Below are positions 9,747-20,208 of a stretch of DNA of 64,000 nt, one piece after another. The translations under genes and the position numbers were made by a program. Origin of the DNA: a virus (lineage: Duplodnaviria; Caudoviricetes); IMG/VR virus record IMGVR_UViG_3300039140_000101, positions 27,927-91,926 of that record. One strand, written 5' to 3'. The stretch's first letter is position 1. The number at the start of each line of letters is the position of its first letter. Under the pieces are notes generated by a model that saw only the letters and a list, made by a program, of their open reading frames with translations, searched no databases and was not told the origin of the DNA.

Positions 9747-10538
9747 ATGTTAGAATCATTTAAGCCAGCCTTTTTAGTGGCCAAAAATACATGGAATGTT
9801 GCTATCACCAATCTGTCCCCTTCTGCTTTGGTTTCAAAATTTATTGGTGATTCTTACCACCCAGTTGGATGGGGAAGTCATTTTGCATCAGAAGCAAAAA
9901 GTGCAGTGTTTATGAAAATGATGCCTAACATTTCTGAAATGCAAACGAAAGAAACGGAGCAAATTGAGTATGGGTATTTCTTTGATGCCTTTATAAGAGA
10001 GGGGCATACAGGTTCTGTCAGAATTACTGAACATCCAGTTCAAGGTGGAGCGAATATCAGTGATCATGCTTATAATCTTCCGGATAAATTAACAATTGAG
10101 ATATTGGTTTCTGATAGCATGGATTGTGTTGTCATGAATCAATTTTCTGAAATGTCAACAAAGTCTATTTCTGCATACCAGCAATTGAGAAAGTTAAAGG
10201 AGAAAAGACAACCCTTATCTGTTAATACAAGATTGCATTTTTATGAAGATATGTTGATTGAATCAATGTCAGTAACGAATGATTATAAGTCCGCATCTAG
10301 TATGCGTTGTACGGTAATGTTGCGACAAATAATAATGGCAAAAGTTTCAACGGAAACTGTTAAGTCAGATAAAAATTATGCTGCTGCAAAAGATGAAGTG
10401 AAAACAAATGCCCCTGTAAAAGAAGAAGGAAGTGTTTTATATGAAAAAGCGTATCCTGATACAGACCCTGATGGTATCTTTACAGGTGCTACTGCCAGAA
10501 CGGGGAGTATTGGAAGTGGGGCAACAAGGTCTTATTAA
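9747..10538 (+). CDS. Baseplate/tail tube initiator (Dit-like)
   Basis: ITEHPVQGGANISDHAY, YEDMLIES motifs. Confidence 0.8.
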   Translation: MLESFKPAFLVAKNTWNVAITNLSPSALVSKFIGDSYHPVGWGSHFASEAKSAVFMKMMPNISEMQTKETEQIEYGYFFDAFIREGHTGSVRITEHPVQGGANISDHAYNLPDKLTIEILVSDSMDCVVMNQFSEMSTKSISAYQQLRKLKEKRQPLSVNTRLHFYEDMLIESMSVTNDYKSASSMRCTVMLRQIIMAKVSTETVKSDKNYAAAKDEVKTNAPVKEEGSVLYEKAYPDTDPDGIFTGATARTGSIGSGATRSY

Positions 10539-10553
10539 GAAGAGGAAAATTTT

Positions 10554-10901
10554 ATGTTTCAAATAATTCCGGTAACTAGCAATCATAATCAAGTGTTTCA
10601 AATAACTCTTCAGATAAATGGAGAGAATTCCTCCCTCAAATTCAATGTTAGATGGAACATGACCGCTGGATACTGGGTAATAACAATAACGGATGTGGTT
10701 ACAGGATTGTGTGTATTGGATTCCCTTCCACTGGTTGCAGGAAAACAATATACAAACAGTTTAAATATTTTAAGAGCATTCGGTTATTTAAAGATAGGGG
10801 AATTATTTTTAATATCGACAAAAACAATACCGCCAACAGATTATCCTAACGAAACAAACCTTGGGACAGAGTTTAAATTGGCATTGGGGGATAATCAATG
10901 A
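10554..10901 (+). CDS. Baseplate plug-like protein
   Basis: RWN..AGYW, LPLVAG, NLG motifs; synteny. Confidence 0.7.
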   Translation: MFQIIPVTSNHNQVFQITLQINGENSSLKFNVRWNMTAGYWVITITDVVTGLCVLDSLPLVAGKQYTNSLNILRAFGYLKIGELFLISTKTIPPTDYPNETNLGTEFKLALGDNQ

Positions 10902-11944
10902 ACGATACAGAATTATTGAAGACTCCAAAATATACTGATACGTTGTATGGGCGAAGATGGAAAGTAAGTGTATTAGTCCCATTATCAGAAGATGTTTCTG
11001 CAACCAATGATGATGATAACAGGTTTACGGCTCATATTTTATCTGACAGCTCTAATGAAGATAAGTCTTTAAGAGTGAAGTTCAACATACAGAAATATGG
11101 ATATACTGCCGTTAATTTATCAACCATTGAAGTGTATAATTTGAATTTGGAAACACAAAATCTCTTAATCAAAAATGGGATGCGTGTGCGTGTGGAAGCA
11201 GGTTATGTCAATGGCAATTACGGGTTGATTTATGATTCACCAATATTCCAACCAATGTGGGAAAGAGAAGACAATGTTACAACAAAGGTCACATTTCGAT
11301 GTGTTGATTGTTTGGATTGGATAACGGATAATTGGGTGGCAACACAAAGCGAAGCTTTACAGTATCAGAAAAATATGGTTTTGGGTATGGCCGGAAAGTC
11401 AATCACACCAATTAATTTAAAGGATAGTGATATTTCAGAAGGTATGCCAAATAATCAATTACCACGGTCAAAAGTATTCTTTGGTCCGCCAATGGATTAC
11501 ATACGGCAATACGCACAGCAAGGCGGAACATTGCCCTCTGTTAATGACAAGGACATTGTTATAAGCAGACTACAGGATGCTCTTCCTGAAGGTGCTGAAA
11601 ACAATGCCATAGTTATTTCTCCGGGAAAGGGTGGACTAATTGGCACCCCACAACAAACACAGGATGGTGTTACTTTTACATGTCTATTGAATCCGAACAT
11701 CAGAGTATTTAAACCACCTATGCTTGTTAAGCTGGATAATACAATTATTAGACAAGCTGCGCTTCAATGGGGGCAAAAAGGGTTTTCAAGATTAGATGAA
11801 GACTGGATGTATAGAGTAATTGGAGTGACTCATGTTGGAGACACAAGGGGAAATGAATGGTACTCAAATGTGATTGGGGCAAATCAGTCTATGGACGGAT
11901 TGCTCCCATCACAATTTATTACTCAACAAGATACAACACCCTGA
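10898..11944 (+). CDS. Baseplate hub protein
   Basis: VYNL, EAGY, GLIGTP, CLLNP, GDTRGNEWY motifs. Confidence 0.85.
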   Translation: MNDTELLKTPKYTDTLYGRRWKVSVLVPLSEDVSATNDDDNRFTAHILSDSSNEDKSLRVKFNIQKYGYTAVNLSTIEVYNLNLETQNLLIKNGMRVRVEAGYVNGNYGLIYDSPIFQPMWEREDNVTTKVTFRCVDCLDWITDNWVATQSEALQYQKNMVLGMAGKSITPINLKDSDISEGMPNNQLPRSKVFFGPPMDYIRQYAQQGGTLPSVNDKDIVISRLQDALPEGAENNAIVISPGKGGLIGTPQQTQDGVTFTCLLNPNIRVFKPPMLVKLDNTIIRQAALQWGQKGFSRLDEDWMYRVIGVTHVGDTRGNEWYSNVIGANQSMDGLLPSQFITQQDTTP

Positions 11945-11958
11945 TCAGGAGAAAATAG

Positions 11959-12726
11959 ATGCCGATAGCCCCGTTACCTATTAATTTGAGATTAGATGAT
12001 TCTGTTGAAAACATCGACCGTAAAATGGAAAAGATGAGTAATAAAATTCGTGTGGCTTGCCCCGGAGTTGTGACTGCTTTTGATTCTGCAAAGCAAACTG
12101 TTTCTGTCCAACTTGCTATTAGAGAAAGGAAGAGTTTTCATGGTAAGCCATTTCAAGATATGGATATCCCCGAATTGAGAGATGTTCCGATCTATATGCC
12201 AAGAGCAGGGAACTTTGTATTGACGATGCCTGTGACCGTTGGTGATGAATGTCTGGTGATCTTTGCTGATATGTGCATTGATAGTTGGTATCAATCCGGC
12301 GGTACGAAGAATACTCAAATGGATAATCGCAGGCATGATTTGAGTGATGGATTTGCCATTATCGGTCCGTGGAGTCAACCGAAAGTTATATCTTCTTATT
12401 CAACTGATTCCGCTTTTTTAAGAAACCTGAATGATGATTCCTATATTGAGATCAGAGACAGTGATATCAATATTAAGACACCGACCAAGATCACCATTGA
12501 AGCTGGTTCAGAAGTTGAAGTGAAAGCCCCGACAGTAAATGTGAATGCCACAACAACCAATGTCAATTCTCCTACGGTAGCAGTGACTGGAGGTAATATC
12601 ACCTTGACAGGCTCAACTATGGTGAACATTGCTGGTGGTAATGCGCAAATTGATGGTAAGGATTTTTTACAACACGTTCATACGAATGTTCAAACAGGCA
12701 TTGGTAATTCAGGACCTGTAGCATAA
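11959..12726 (+). CDS. Baseplate central spike (Gp138-like)
   Basis: GDECLVIFADMCID.W, RRHDLSDGFAI, terminal HVH. Confidence 0.9.
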   Translation: MPIAPLPINLRLDDSVENIDRKMEKMSNKIRVACPGVVTAFDSAKQTVSVQLAIRERKSFHGKPFQDMDIPELRDVPIYMPRAGNFVLTMPVTVGDECLVIFADMCIDSWYQSGGTKNTQMDNRRHDLSDGFAIIGPWSQPKVISSYSTDSAFLRNLNDDSYIEIRDSDINIKTPTKITIEAGSEVEVKAPTVNVNATTTNVNSPTVAVTGGNITLTGSTMVNIAGGNAQIDGKDFLQHVHTNVQTGIGNSGPVA

Positions 12727-12735
12727 GGAGAAGTT

Positions 12736-13131
12736 ATGAAGTACCGTAGGCTCGATAGCTCACATGATTATTGCTTTGGCAGAGGGCAAGGAGATTATTT
12801 GGAAGACACAATTGAAAATCCAGTTGCCATTGCTCAAGCCATTAAGACAAGATTGATGTTGTATCTTGGAGAATGGTTTCTGGATATTAAAGATGGCCTT
12901 CCTTTATGGCAGCAGATTCTTGGCCAGAGAATAAAAAATAAAGGTATAGTGGATGAAATCATAACGAATAGAATAAAAGGATTGCTCACACCTGACAATC
13001 AATATGGTGTAACGGCAGTGAGTGAAGTTTCGTCCACGTATGATGAAACAACAAGGGCATATCAATACACATGCGTTGTTGATACCATTTTTGGAAAATT
13101 ATATATCACTAATGCAGATCAGAGAGGTTAA
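12736..13131 (+). CDS. Baseplate wedge/sheath initiator
   Basis: MKYRRLD..DY.FG, GEWFLD motifs. Confidence 0.8.
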   Translation: MKYRRLDSSHDYCFGRGQGDYLEDTIENPVAIAQAIKTRLMLYLGEWFLDIKDGLPLWQQILGQRIKNKGIVDEIITNRIKGLLTPDNQYGVTAVSEVSSTYDETTRAYQYTCVVDTIFGKLYITNADQRG

Positions 13132-13133
13132 CC

Positions 13134-14360
13134 ATGACATACTTTTCTCCCTACCTTGATTCTAGCGGACTCCACCTTCCGACATTTAATGATATGTTGG
13201 AAAAAAGATTGAATGATGCCAGAAGCATTTTTGGTCAGGACATTTATCTTGGAAATGATTCTGCTGACTATCAATTGATTGCCGTGGAAACATTGGCACT
13301 CTATGATGTCATGCAAGCGATTCAACTGGCATATAATCAGACAAGTCCATCAACGGCAATCGGAGTCGGTCTTTCCAATCTTGTTCAGTTGAATGGTATT
13401 GAAAGATCACCAGCAACTTATTCAACCTGTGATGTGACCTTGATCGGAACGTCTGCTGCAAATATTATCAATGGTGTGGTTCAGGATGTTTCTGGTTATC
13501 TTTGGAATCTCCCAACTCCTCTCCAGTTACAGGCAGCAGGTTCTCCAGTTGGAGAATATTATGCTTTGACAGTAACTGCAACTTGCCAGACTATCGGGGC
13601 AATAACAGCGTTGGCAGGAGATATAAATACCATCAGCACCCCGACAGCAGGATGGACAAGTGTTTCTAATGCAACACAAGCAATAGCAGGACAACCAGTT
13701 GAAACCGATTCCGAGTTAAGGGAACGACAACGAGTGAGTGTGGCACTTCCTTCTCAAACAATGCTGGCTGGAACTGTGGCAGCGATTGCAGGTTTATTGG
13801 GAGTGACACGATACAAGGTATATGAGAATCCGACCAACTCCACCACCTATGGATTCCCCGGAGTTCCATTTGAAGGATCACCGGAGCATTCCATTACCGC
13901 AATTGTTGAAGGTGGAGATATTGCAGATATTGCAGATGCTATTTATTACAATCGTGGATTAGGGTGTTATACAGATGGAGATGTGGTCACGAATATTACT
14001 GACCCTGATTCTGGTGAAATAACACCAATCCGTTTTTATCGTCCTGATTATGTCAATGTGTATATTGAGATGACCGTCAAGATGCTGTCAGGATGGGGAA
14101 CTGGTGACGAAGATGATATCAAAGAAGCAGTTGCTGATTACATCAACACATTGGAAATCAGCGAAGACCTTTATTTGTCCTCTGTGATTTGTGCAGCAGT
14201 TGATGTGAACACTAACAAAGCAAAACCGACATTTTCAGTAACGGCAGTTTTGATGGGAACCGATCCGTCAAGTCCACCTTTGAGTGCTGCGGATATCGTG
14301 GCAGGTTACAAAGAAGTTGTTTTAGGGGATATTGACAATATTACAATTACATTGGTGTAA
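13134..14360 (+). CDS. Baseplate J-like wedge protein
   Basis: GWTSVSN, ETDSELRER, VYEN, IVEGG motifs. Confidence 0.9.
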   Translation: MTYFSPYLDSSGLHLPTFNDMLEKRLNDARSIFGQDIYLGNDSADYQLIAVETLALYDVMQAIQLAYNQTSPSTAIGVGLSNLVQLNGIERSPATYSTCDVTLIGTSAANIINGVVQDVSGYLWNLPTPLQLQAAGSPVGEYYALTVTATCQTIGAITALAGDINTISTPTAGWTSVSNATQAIAGQPVETDSELRERQRVSVALPSQTMLAGTVAAIAGLLGVTRYKVYENPTNSTTYGFPGVPFEGSPEHSITAIVEGGDIADIADAIYYNRGLGCYTDGDVVTNITDPDSGEITPIRFYRPDYVNVYIEMTVKMLSGWGTGDEDDIKEAVADYINTLEISEDLYLSSVICAAVDVNTNKAKPTFSVTAVLMGTDPSSPPLSAADIVAGYKEVVLGDIDNITITLV

Positions 14361-14363
14361 ATT

Positions 14364-15356
14364 ATGGCAGATATAGTTTCGATTGAAATAATTCCTGATG
14401 GTGCAATTCTCTTTTTGGGGACATCCCAGCAGTATCAGGCATTGGCAACCTATGATGATGGGTCGGTGGAAGACATCACTGATCTTGCTGATTGGTCGGT
14501 AAGTGGTTCTCCTGCCATTGGAATATTTGATACAACCACAAAAGGATTGTTTCTTCCATCAGGTGTTGGAACAGGAACGGTTTATGTTGATTATGGCAGT
14601 CCGGTTTATTCTTCCGACATAACAATTCACAATCCTTTGATTGTTGTGCAGACTGCTGACCGATACGTTTATGACCCTGATGTTCAATCCTATCTTGATC
14701 TGATTACAAGTCAGTATCAAAATTCCCCAAAGTATTTGCATTGGATAAGAACCTATTTGGAAATGGTGATGGACATTCGCAGATTGGCAAATAGCCTGAT
14801 GTGTTATTTTTCTTTTAATCAAATCATCACTCCAGATGCTACCAGTTATATAGAAAATGCATGGACGGTCAGGGAAGAGGTTGATTTTGATTTCTTTAAT
14901 TTTGAAGCGTGTATTGGTGATCAATTGGATGTCCTTGGTGTGATTCTTGGGCAGTCACGATATGTTCATTTCAAAGCAGAACCATTTGCAAGTCCTCCGG
15001 TGGATGCAAGAAATGAAGTGTTGAGTGATGACCATTACCGTATTCTTTTGAAGAGCAAGGTTTACTTCAATATTTGGGATGGCAAAGCACAATCATTGCA
15101 GGATAAGTGGCAGGATTTATTTGTTGGTGGCACAATTACGGTTGTGGACAATCAGGATATGACCATTGATGTATGGATCATTGGAGCAATAGATGTGACT
15201 CTTGTTGATCTGATTCAGAATGATTATATCATTCCAAGACCACAAGGGGTCTTGATTAATTATTATTATGGAACAACTCCGTTCTTTGGGTTTGATAGAC
15301 AGGATAATTATATTGCAGCATGGGATGATGGGGTTCTTGCAGGAAACTGGGTATAA
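14364..15356 (+). CDS. Baseplate wedge protein (DUF2612-like) with N-terminal Ig-like domain
   Basis: ATYDDGSVEDIT..WS Ig signature; GDQLDVLG, DNQDMT, PRPQGV, FFGFD. Confidence 0.8.
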   Translation: MADIVSIEIIPDGAILFLGTSQQYQALATYDDGSVEDITDLADWSVSGSPAIGIFDTTTKGLFLPSGVGTGTVYVDYGSPVYSSDITIHNPLIVVQTADRYVYDPDVQSYLDLITSQYQNSPKYLHWIRTYLEMVMDIRRLANSLMCYFSFNQIITPDATSYIENAWTVREEVDFDFFNFEACIGDQLDVLGVILGQSRYVHFKAEPFASPPVDARNEVLSDDHYRILLKSKVYFNIWDGKAQSLQDKWQDLFVGGTITVVDNQDMTIDVWIIGAIDVTLVDLIQNDYIIPRPQGVLINYYYGTTPFFGFDRQDNYIAAWDDGVLAGNWV

Positions 15357-15374
15357 ATAAAAGGAGGTAACACA

Positions 15375-16289
15375 ATGGCATCAAATAATTTCCTTCAGTG
15401 GAATGCTGGGAAAGTTAATCAGGACAATGATTCTGAATATGTTCTGGAAACACAACGAGTAGGTGGGGCTGTTTCTGGATTATTTCCTTCCAAATTGGCA
15501 AATAAACTTTTTTACCAATGCTCAATCATGGCAGCAGCAATGGGAGAGATGATGAAAGGCAAAGGGTTTGAAATGTCGGATGCTGTTTTTGCCGACCTCA
15601 TCACCTCTTTGTCCCACATTCTCACTGATGCTCAATTCGGTTCAAGTGCAGGAACAGTTTGTCAAGGAAATGATCCACGACTAGATAGGGAATTGCCGAC
15701 AGCAACAAAGGTCTGGTTTTGGCAAAATACTGCACCAACAGGATGGACAATCGATGCTACTGCTGCTGCGGATGCCGTCCTTGCAGTAAAAGCAGGATCA
15801 GGAACGTATGCTGTGGCAGGTGGAAGTCAGGCAGGAACATGGACACAACCAAGTCACACCCATACAGGAGGAAGTCACACCCATACGGTAGGCACTCACA
15901 CTCACAGTTTTACTGGAGTTGATCACCTTCATACGACTGGGAATCACACATTAACTATTTCTGAAATGCCTAGTCATCTCCATTCTGGACTTCAAGCTTG
16001 GGGTGGTCAGGGAACAGGTGGGATAGTAGGAAGTACTATTAATGTTGCTTCAGGTACGGCAGTTTGGTTTGCAGATTTGAATGCTGCTAGAACTGGTAGT
16101 GTTGGTGGGGGAAAAGCGCATAATCATGGGAACACTGGTGCAGCAGATAGAAGCTTAGCAGGGACAACTGGTTCTGGTGGTGCAGCAAATACAGGGGCAA
16201 GTGGAACGACAGATACTGGAGCGAGTGCAACACCGAATACTTGGAGACCAGTAGCAAACGTGGGGATTATTTGTAAAAGAGATGCTTAA
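15375..16289 (+). CDS. Tail fibre with collar domain and HxH needle repeats
   Basis: NKLFYQ anchor, APTGW collar, multiple HTH/HLH/HNH motifs. Confidence 0.8.
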   Translation: MASNNFLQWNAGKVNQDNDSEYVLETQRVGGAVSGLFPSKLANKLFYQCSIMAAAMGEMMKGKGFEMSDAVFADLITSLSHILTDAQFGSSAGTVCQGNDPRLDRELPTATKVWFWQNTAPTGWTIDATAAADAVLAVKAGSGTYAVAGGSQAGTWTQPSHTHTGGSHTHTVGTHTHSFTGVDHLHTTGNHTLTISEMPSHLHSGLQAWGGQGTGGIVGSTINVASGTAVWFADLNAARTGSVGGGKAHNHGNTGAADRSLAGTTGSGGAANTGASGTTDTGASATPNTWRPVANVGIICKRDA

Positions 16290-16316
16290 AATATAAAATA
16301 AAGGGAGGATAAAAAA

Positions 16317-16697
16317 GTGGAGAGTACCTGTAAAGGAAAAGAATGCTGGTTTTATTTATTGATCAAGGATTTGAGTGGAGAAAAATCTGAGAGTCTTGAT
16401 TTTCAGAACTGCCCCTTCTATGTCGAGATGATGTTCACTCCGACACCTATTGGTGGAAAAGTCGAAACTGCAAAAATAGTCAAAGATTGTTCTAACAAGC
16501 GAAGCCTTCTGATGTTGCTTGAAGACGTTTATCCTCGTCTGGCAGGGGTGCAGAAATCCAATGAGGAAATGCGGAATGCAAGCGCAGAAGCAAGGGAAAC
16601 AGTTAGAGAGGTTTTTAAAACTTTTGAAAGAATCGGTACAAGACCGGAATTGAAAACCTATGTGCCTCCGATTGAACTTGAAGGAAACAAAGAATGA
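16317..16697 (+). CDS. Cys-rich fibre-associated hypothetical protein
   Basis: C..ECWF...CPF...DCS; follows fibre gene. Confidence 0.55.
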   Translation: MESTCKGKECWFYLLIKDLSGEKSESLDFQNCPFYVEMMFTPTPIGGKVETAKIVKDCSNKRSLLMLLEDVYPRLAGVQKSNEEMRNASAEARETVREVFKTFERIGTRPELKTYVPPIELEGNKE

Positions 16698-17206
16698 ACG
16701 ATGTGATTGCCATCATAGGTCGTGCTCCTTGCTGGGCAATGGATTTTTTTTCTCTCCAGAGTTTTATCAGTAAGGACAAAATGGACATTATGGTAATAGG
16801 GAAGGATTGTGAGTATGCAGGTCATATTGATTTCTTTGCCACATATCACCCTGCCGATATTCCAGTGTATAAGGCAAAGAGAAAATTGGCAGGACAAAAT
16901 ACGGATTATAAAATTGTCTGCCATGTGAATGAAAAAGATAAACCTGTTGATTTGTTATTTCGTTATGAACATCCTTCCGGTTCAAGTGCATTATTAGGAA
17001 CACAGGCAGCAATTTATTCAGGGTATAAAAAGATTGTTTTGTGTGGATGTCCATTGGAAGGAGTGAACGAGCAGAATTACTCATACACTTCTTTCCAAAA
17101 AGGATGGGTGAAGCATAAAGCAGAATTAGAAGATAAGGTCAGATCGATGAGTGGGTGGACGGCAAAATTCTTAGGGAAGTGTGATGAAGAATGGATAAAG
17201 ATATGA
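16694..17206 (+). CDS. Rossmann-like putative glycosyltransferase (GT29/Maf-like fold)
   Basis: IIGRAP, GSSAL, GYKKIVLCGCPL motifs. Confidence 0.45.
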   Translation: MNDVIAIIGRAPCWAMDFFSLQSFISKDKMDIMVIGKDCEYAGHIDFFATYHPADIPVYKAKRKLAGQNTDYKIVCHVNEKDKPVDLLFRYEHPSGSSALLGTQAAIYSGYKKIVLCGCPLEGVNEQNYSYTSFQKGWVKHKAELEDKVRSMSGWTAKFLGKCDEEWIKI

Positions 17207-17856
17207 TACCGGAAAAGTTAAAGCCATTTATGGCACAAAGTTTTTACCAGACGTTTGACTTTCTGAATGAAGAACTGAAAGCCAGCAATAGTGCGGAGAA
17301 ATATGATTTGTCCAGACTGACTACATTTGATTTGGAAAATAAAAACATTCTGGATGTCGGATGCAATGCAGGTTATTTCATGTTCAAGCTTCTGGGAAAG
17401 AATCCGAACTGGATTATGGGAATTGATTCTCATAGACCATTCATTGATATTGCGAGACGAATCAATGAGGAATGTTTTCAGTCCACTAAATTGGACTTTC
17501 ATGTGGGAGATTTTTTTCAGTATAAGTTTCCTCTGAATAAGGCGTTTGATCTGATTTATTGCTTTTCCACATTCCATTATTTCTATGAACAACAGCAATT
17601 GTTCATAGACAAATGTTATGAGCTTTTGAGTAAAGATGGAATACTGCTGGTGGAAATTGAAGAGAGTCCAGATCAGGGAGAAGCTAAAATATTCAGTCCT
17701 CCAAGACCTGCTGATGGCAAATGTTATTTTTACCCGAATCCTGCGATGGTCAAGCAATGGACAAAGGGAATTTTTAAGATTGTGGACAAATATGTTTCCA
17801 CAAAACAAAATGGGTCAGTTTATGAAAGGCAGTTTTATGTTCTTAAAAAATTGTAA
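17191..17856 (+). CDS. Class I SAM-dependent methyltransferase
   Basis: ILDVGCNAGY motif I, GID, FDLIYC. Confidence 0.85.
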   Translation: MDKDMIPEKLKPFMAQSFYQTFDFLNEELKASNSAEKYDLSRLTTFDLENKNILDVGCNAGYFMFKLLGKNPNWIMGIDSHRPFIDIARRINEECFQSTKLDFHVGDFFQYKFPLNKAFDLIYCFSTFHYFYEQQQLFIDKCYELLSKDGILLVEIEESPDQGEAKIFSPPRPADGKCYFYPNPAMVKQWTKGIFKIVDKYVSTKQNGSVYERQFYVLKKL

Positions 17857-18283
17857 TATTGATCCTGCTCTTTGTATGAGGGTGCTTGAAGGAACATATG
17901 AAAAAACGATCCTTCTGATTCGTGGGGCAGGAGGATCAGGGAAATCAACTCTGGCGAACTTGATGCTCCATGATGAATTTTATTACCTGTCAATGGATAT
18001 GGCAATGATAGATCGGGAGTCAGCTATTGAAAGCATTTTGCAGTTTCTGAATGAGTATGGGGATAATGCGATTTATAATATTCATATACTGTCTGCTATT
18101 ATTGAAGAGAAATGTTTTAAAGAGTTTATGGATTTCTTTTTTCAAAAATATATTATTGAAAATGATAGCAGTAATATTATCCTTGATGGATATATTTTTA
18201 CATTTGCAAAAGTGTTTTCTTTATTCAAGGAAAAATGCCGTCAATGTGGGTACAGATTGTGGGATATAAAGAGGGAAGTGTAA
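17837..18283 (+). CDS. P-loop kinase
   Basis: GAGGSGKST Walker A, IILDG; probable ATG 17837. Confidence 0.7.
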   Translation: MFLKNCNIDPALCMRVLEGTYEKTILLIRGAGGSGKSTLANLMLHDEFYYLSMDMAMIDRESAIESILQFLNEYGDNAIYNIHILSAIIEEKCFKEFMDFFFQKYIIENDSSNIILDGYIFTFAKVFSLFKEKCRQCGYRLWDIKREV

Positions 18284-18999
18284 TGATTGGAATTGTAATA
18301 GCAACATACAAAAGACCGGACGATAAGACTCCTTTTTACCTGCGGAGATTATTGAGGACTATCTTCAGTCAGTCCTTTAAGGATTTTAAGGTTTATGCCA
18401 TTGGGGATAAATATGAAGATGATCAGGAATTTGTAAACACCATGCGGTGGTTTCCTGCAAATCAGGTTTATTTTAAGAACCTCCCTATCGCAATGGAACG
18501 AAGCAGATATTTTGATAATCCAGAAGCATTGTGGTGCGTAGGTGGTGTGAATGCTGTGAGTTTTGGAATAGATATTGCTCAAGCAGAAGGATGCAATTAC
18601 CTCTGTTTCCCTGACCATGATGATTATTGGGAACCAAATCATCTTGAGGAGATTGCAAAATTAATCAATGCTGAACAGGCAGATTGGATTTGCACCCGAT
18701 CTATTTATGGTAACAGAGTATTCCCTGAAAATATTACAGAAGATGAGATTCAACCATTTCTTCCGTTGGCAGGTGGAATTATCAAGTCATCAGTCTGTAT
18801 GAATACAAAAACAATTCCCTTGCGGTTCCGTGATACCTATAAGGAACTGCCTGTGGGAAGACCATCTGATGCTGATTTGTGGGACAGGTGCAAAGAGTGG
18901 ATACAGGAAAAAGGACTGAAAAGTTTTCTGATCAATAAAACGACCTGCGTTCACGCTGAAGAGGGATTTGTGTTGAACGGTGGGTTACATAATAAATAA
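18283..18999 (+). CDS. Glycosyltransferase family 2
   Basis: IVIATYKR, DHDDYWEPNHL, DADLW. Confidence 0.85.
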   Translation: MIGIVIATYKRPDDKTPFYLRRLLRTIFSQSFKDFKVYAIGDKYEDDQEFVNTMRWFPANQVYFKNLPIAMERSRYFDNPEALWCVGGVNAVSFGIDIAQAEGCNYLCFPDHDDYWEPNHLEEIAKLINAEQADWICTRSIYGNRVFPENITEDEIQPFLPLAGGIIKSSVCMNTKTIPLRFRDTYKELPVGRPSDADLWDRCKEWIQEKGLKSFLINKTTCVHAEEGFVLNGGLHNK

Positions 19000-19010
19000 A
19001 AAGGAAGAGT

Positions 19011-19562
19011 GTGATGGAATTTAAACAAGTGGGTAAAGGATGCAAGATAAGTGATTGGGCAAGGTTCTACAATCCTCATGTAATAGAATTTGGCAACAAT
19101 ACACGCATCGATGATTTTTGTATGCTGTCCGGTGGTGAAGGGATTAAAATTGGTGACTATGTTCACATTGCCTGTGGTACTTACTTGTACGGTGGTGGTG
19201 GAATTATTATTGAGGACTTTGTGGGGATTTCCACTCATGTAAACATCTGGTCACAGTCGGACGATTTCACAGGACACTCCATGTTCTGTCCACAGATTCC
19301 AGAAAAGTACAAACCTCGTTTGAGAAAAGCACAGGTGATTTTCCGAAAACAGGTTCTGGTCGGGTGTGGGGTTTCCATTTTGCCCGGAGTCACCCTTGGG
19401 GAAGGAAGCATAATCGGTGCTCATTCTCTGGTCACAAAAGATACCTTGCCGTGGTCAATCTATGCAGGAGTGCCAGCAAAGAAAATTGACAATGTAAGTC
19501 AGGATATGTTGAAATTGAGAGAACAGTTTCTTGAGGAGTACGATGGCAAACGGAGTGCATAA
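19011..19562 (+). CDS. Hexapeptide-repeat sugar acyltransferase
   Basis: LbetaH repeats, ILPGVTLGEGSIIGAHSLV, AGVPAK. Confidence 0.9.
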   Translation: MMEFKQVGKGCKISDWARFYNPHVIEFGNNTRIDDFCMLSGGEGIKIGDYVHIACGTYLYGGGGIIIEDFVGISTHVNIWSQSDDFTGHSMFCPQIPEKYKPRLRKAQVIFRKQVLVGCGVSILPGVTLGEGSIIGAHSLVTKDTLPWSIYAGVPAKKIDNVSQDMLKLREQFLEEYDGKRSA

Positions 19563-20205
19563 AGTAACAGAAGATTTTGAGGGTATGATTGCTTCATACA
19601 CCGGAGCAAAGTATGCCATTGCTGTGGATAATGCTTCCAATGCTTTGTATCTCTGTCTTTGCCACGAAAAGATAGAAGGAAAAGAAATTACGATTCCTGC
19701 AAGAACATATCCGTCAGTTCCATGTGAGATTATTCGTGCAGGGGGGAAAGTTAGATTCAAATCTGTGATTGGTACAACACTCAAGGGTGCTTATCCGCTT
19801 GAAGGAACGAGGGTGTGGGATTCAGCATTACGGTTCACTTGCAATATGTATATCCCAAATACTCTGATGTGTCTTTCTTTTACAGGACAATACAAGCATT
19901 TGAAACTAGGCAAAGGTGGAGCAATTATCACGGACGATTATCAGGCAATGCTGTGGTTGAAACGAGCAAGATTTTCTGGTAGGAGAGAATGCTCATACCA
20001 TACAGACAATTTAGACTTTATCGGGTTGAATTGTTATATGTCTCCACAGGTCGCTATACTTGGAATACATTTGATGCCACAATTTTATCACCCTATTACA
20101 GGAGATTTGATTCCGAATGAAGATTTAGAATTGCCCTATCCAGATTTGAGTCAGTTCCCGATTTATACAAAGGCAACAAGAATTGGTGGAAAGGAAGATC
20201 AGTAA
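19543..20205 (+). CDS. DegT/DnrJ-family sugar aminotransferase (short)
   Basis: FEGMIASYTGAKYAIAV..AL, DSA, SF...KHL..GKGG. Confidence 0.8.
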   Translation: MANGVHKVTEDFEGMIASYTGAKYAIAVDNASNALYLCLCHEKIEGKEITIPARTYPSVPCEIIRAGGKVRFKSVIGTTLKGAYPLEGTRVWDSALRFTCNMYIPNTLMCLSFTGQYKHLKLGKGGAIITDDYQAMLWLKRARFSGRRECSYHTDNLDFIGLNCYMSPQVAILGIHLMPQFYHPITGDLIPNEDLELPYPDLSQFPIYTKATRIGGKEDQ

Positions 20206-20208
20206 GAA

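Noticed and set aside
17191-17856. DNA methyltransferase
   Set aside because: No DPPY/NPPY or PC catalytic motif; small-molecule or glycan methyltransferase context.
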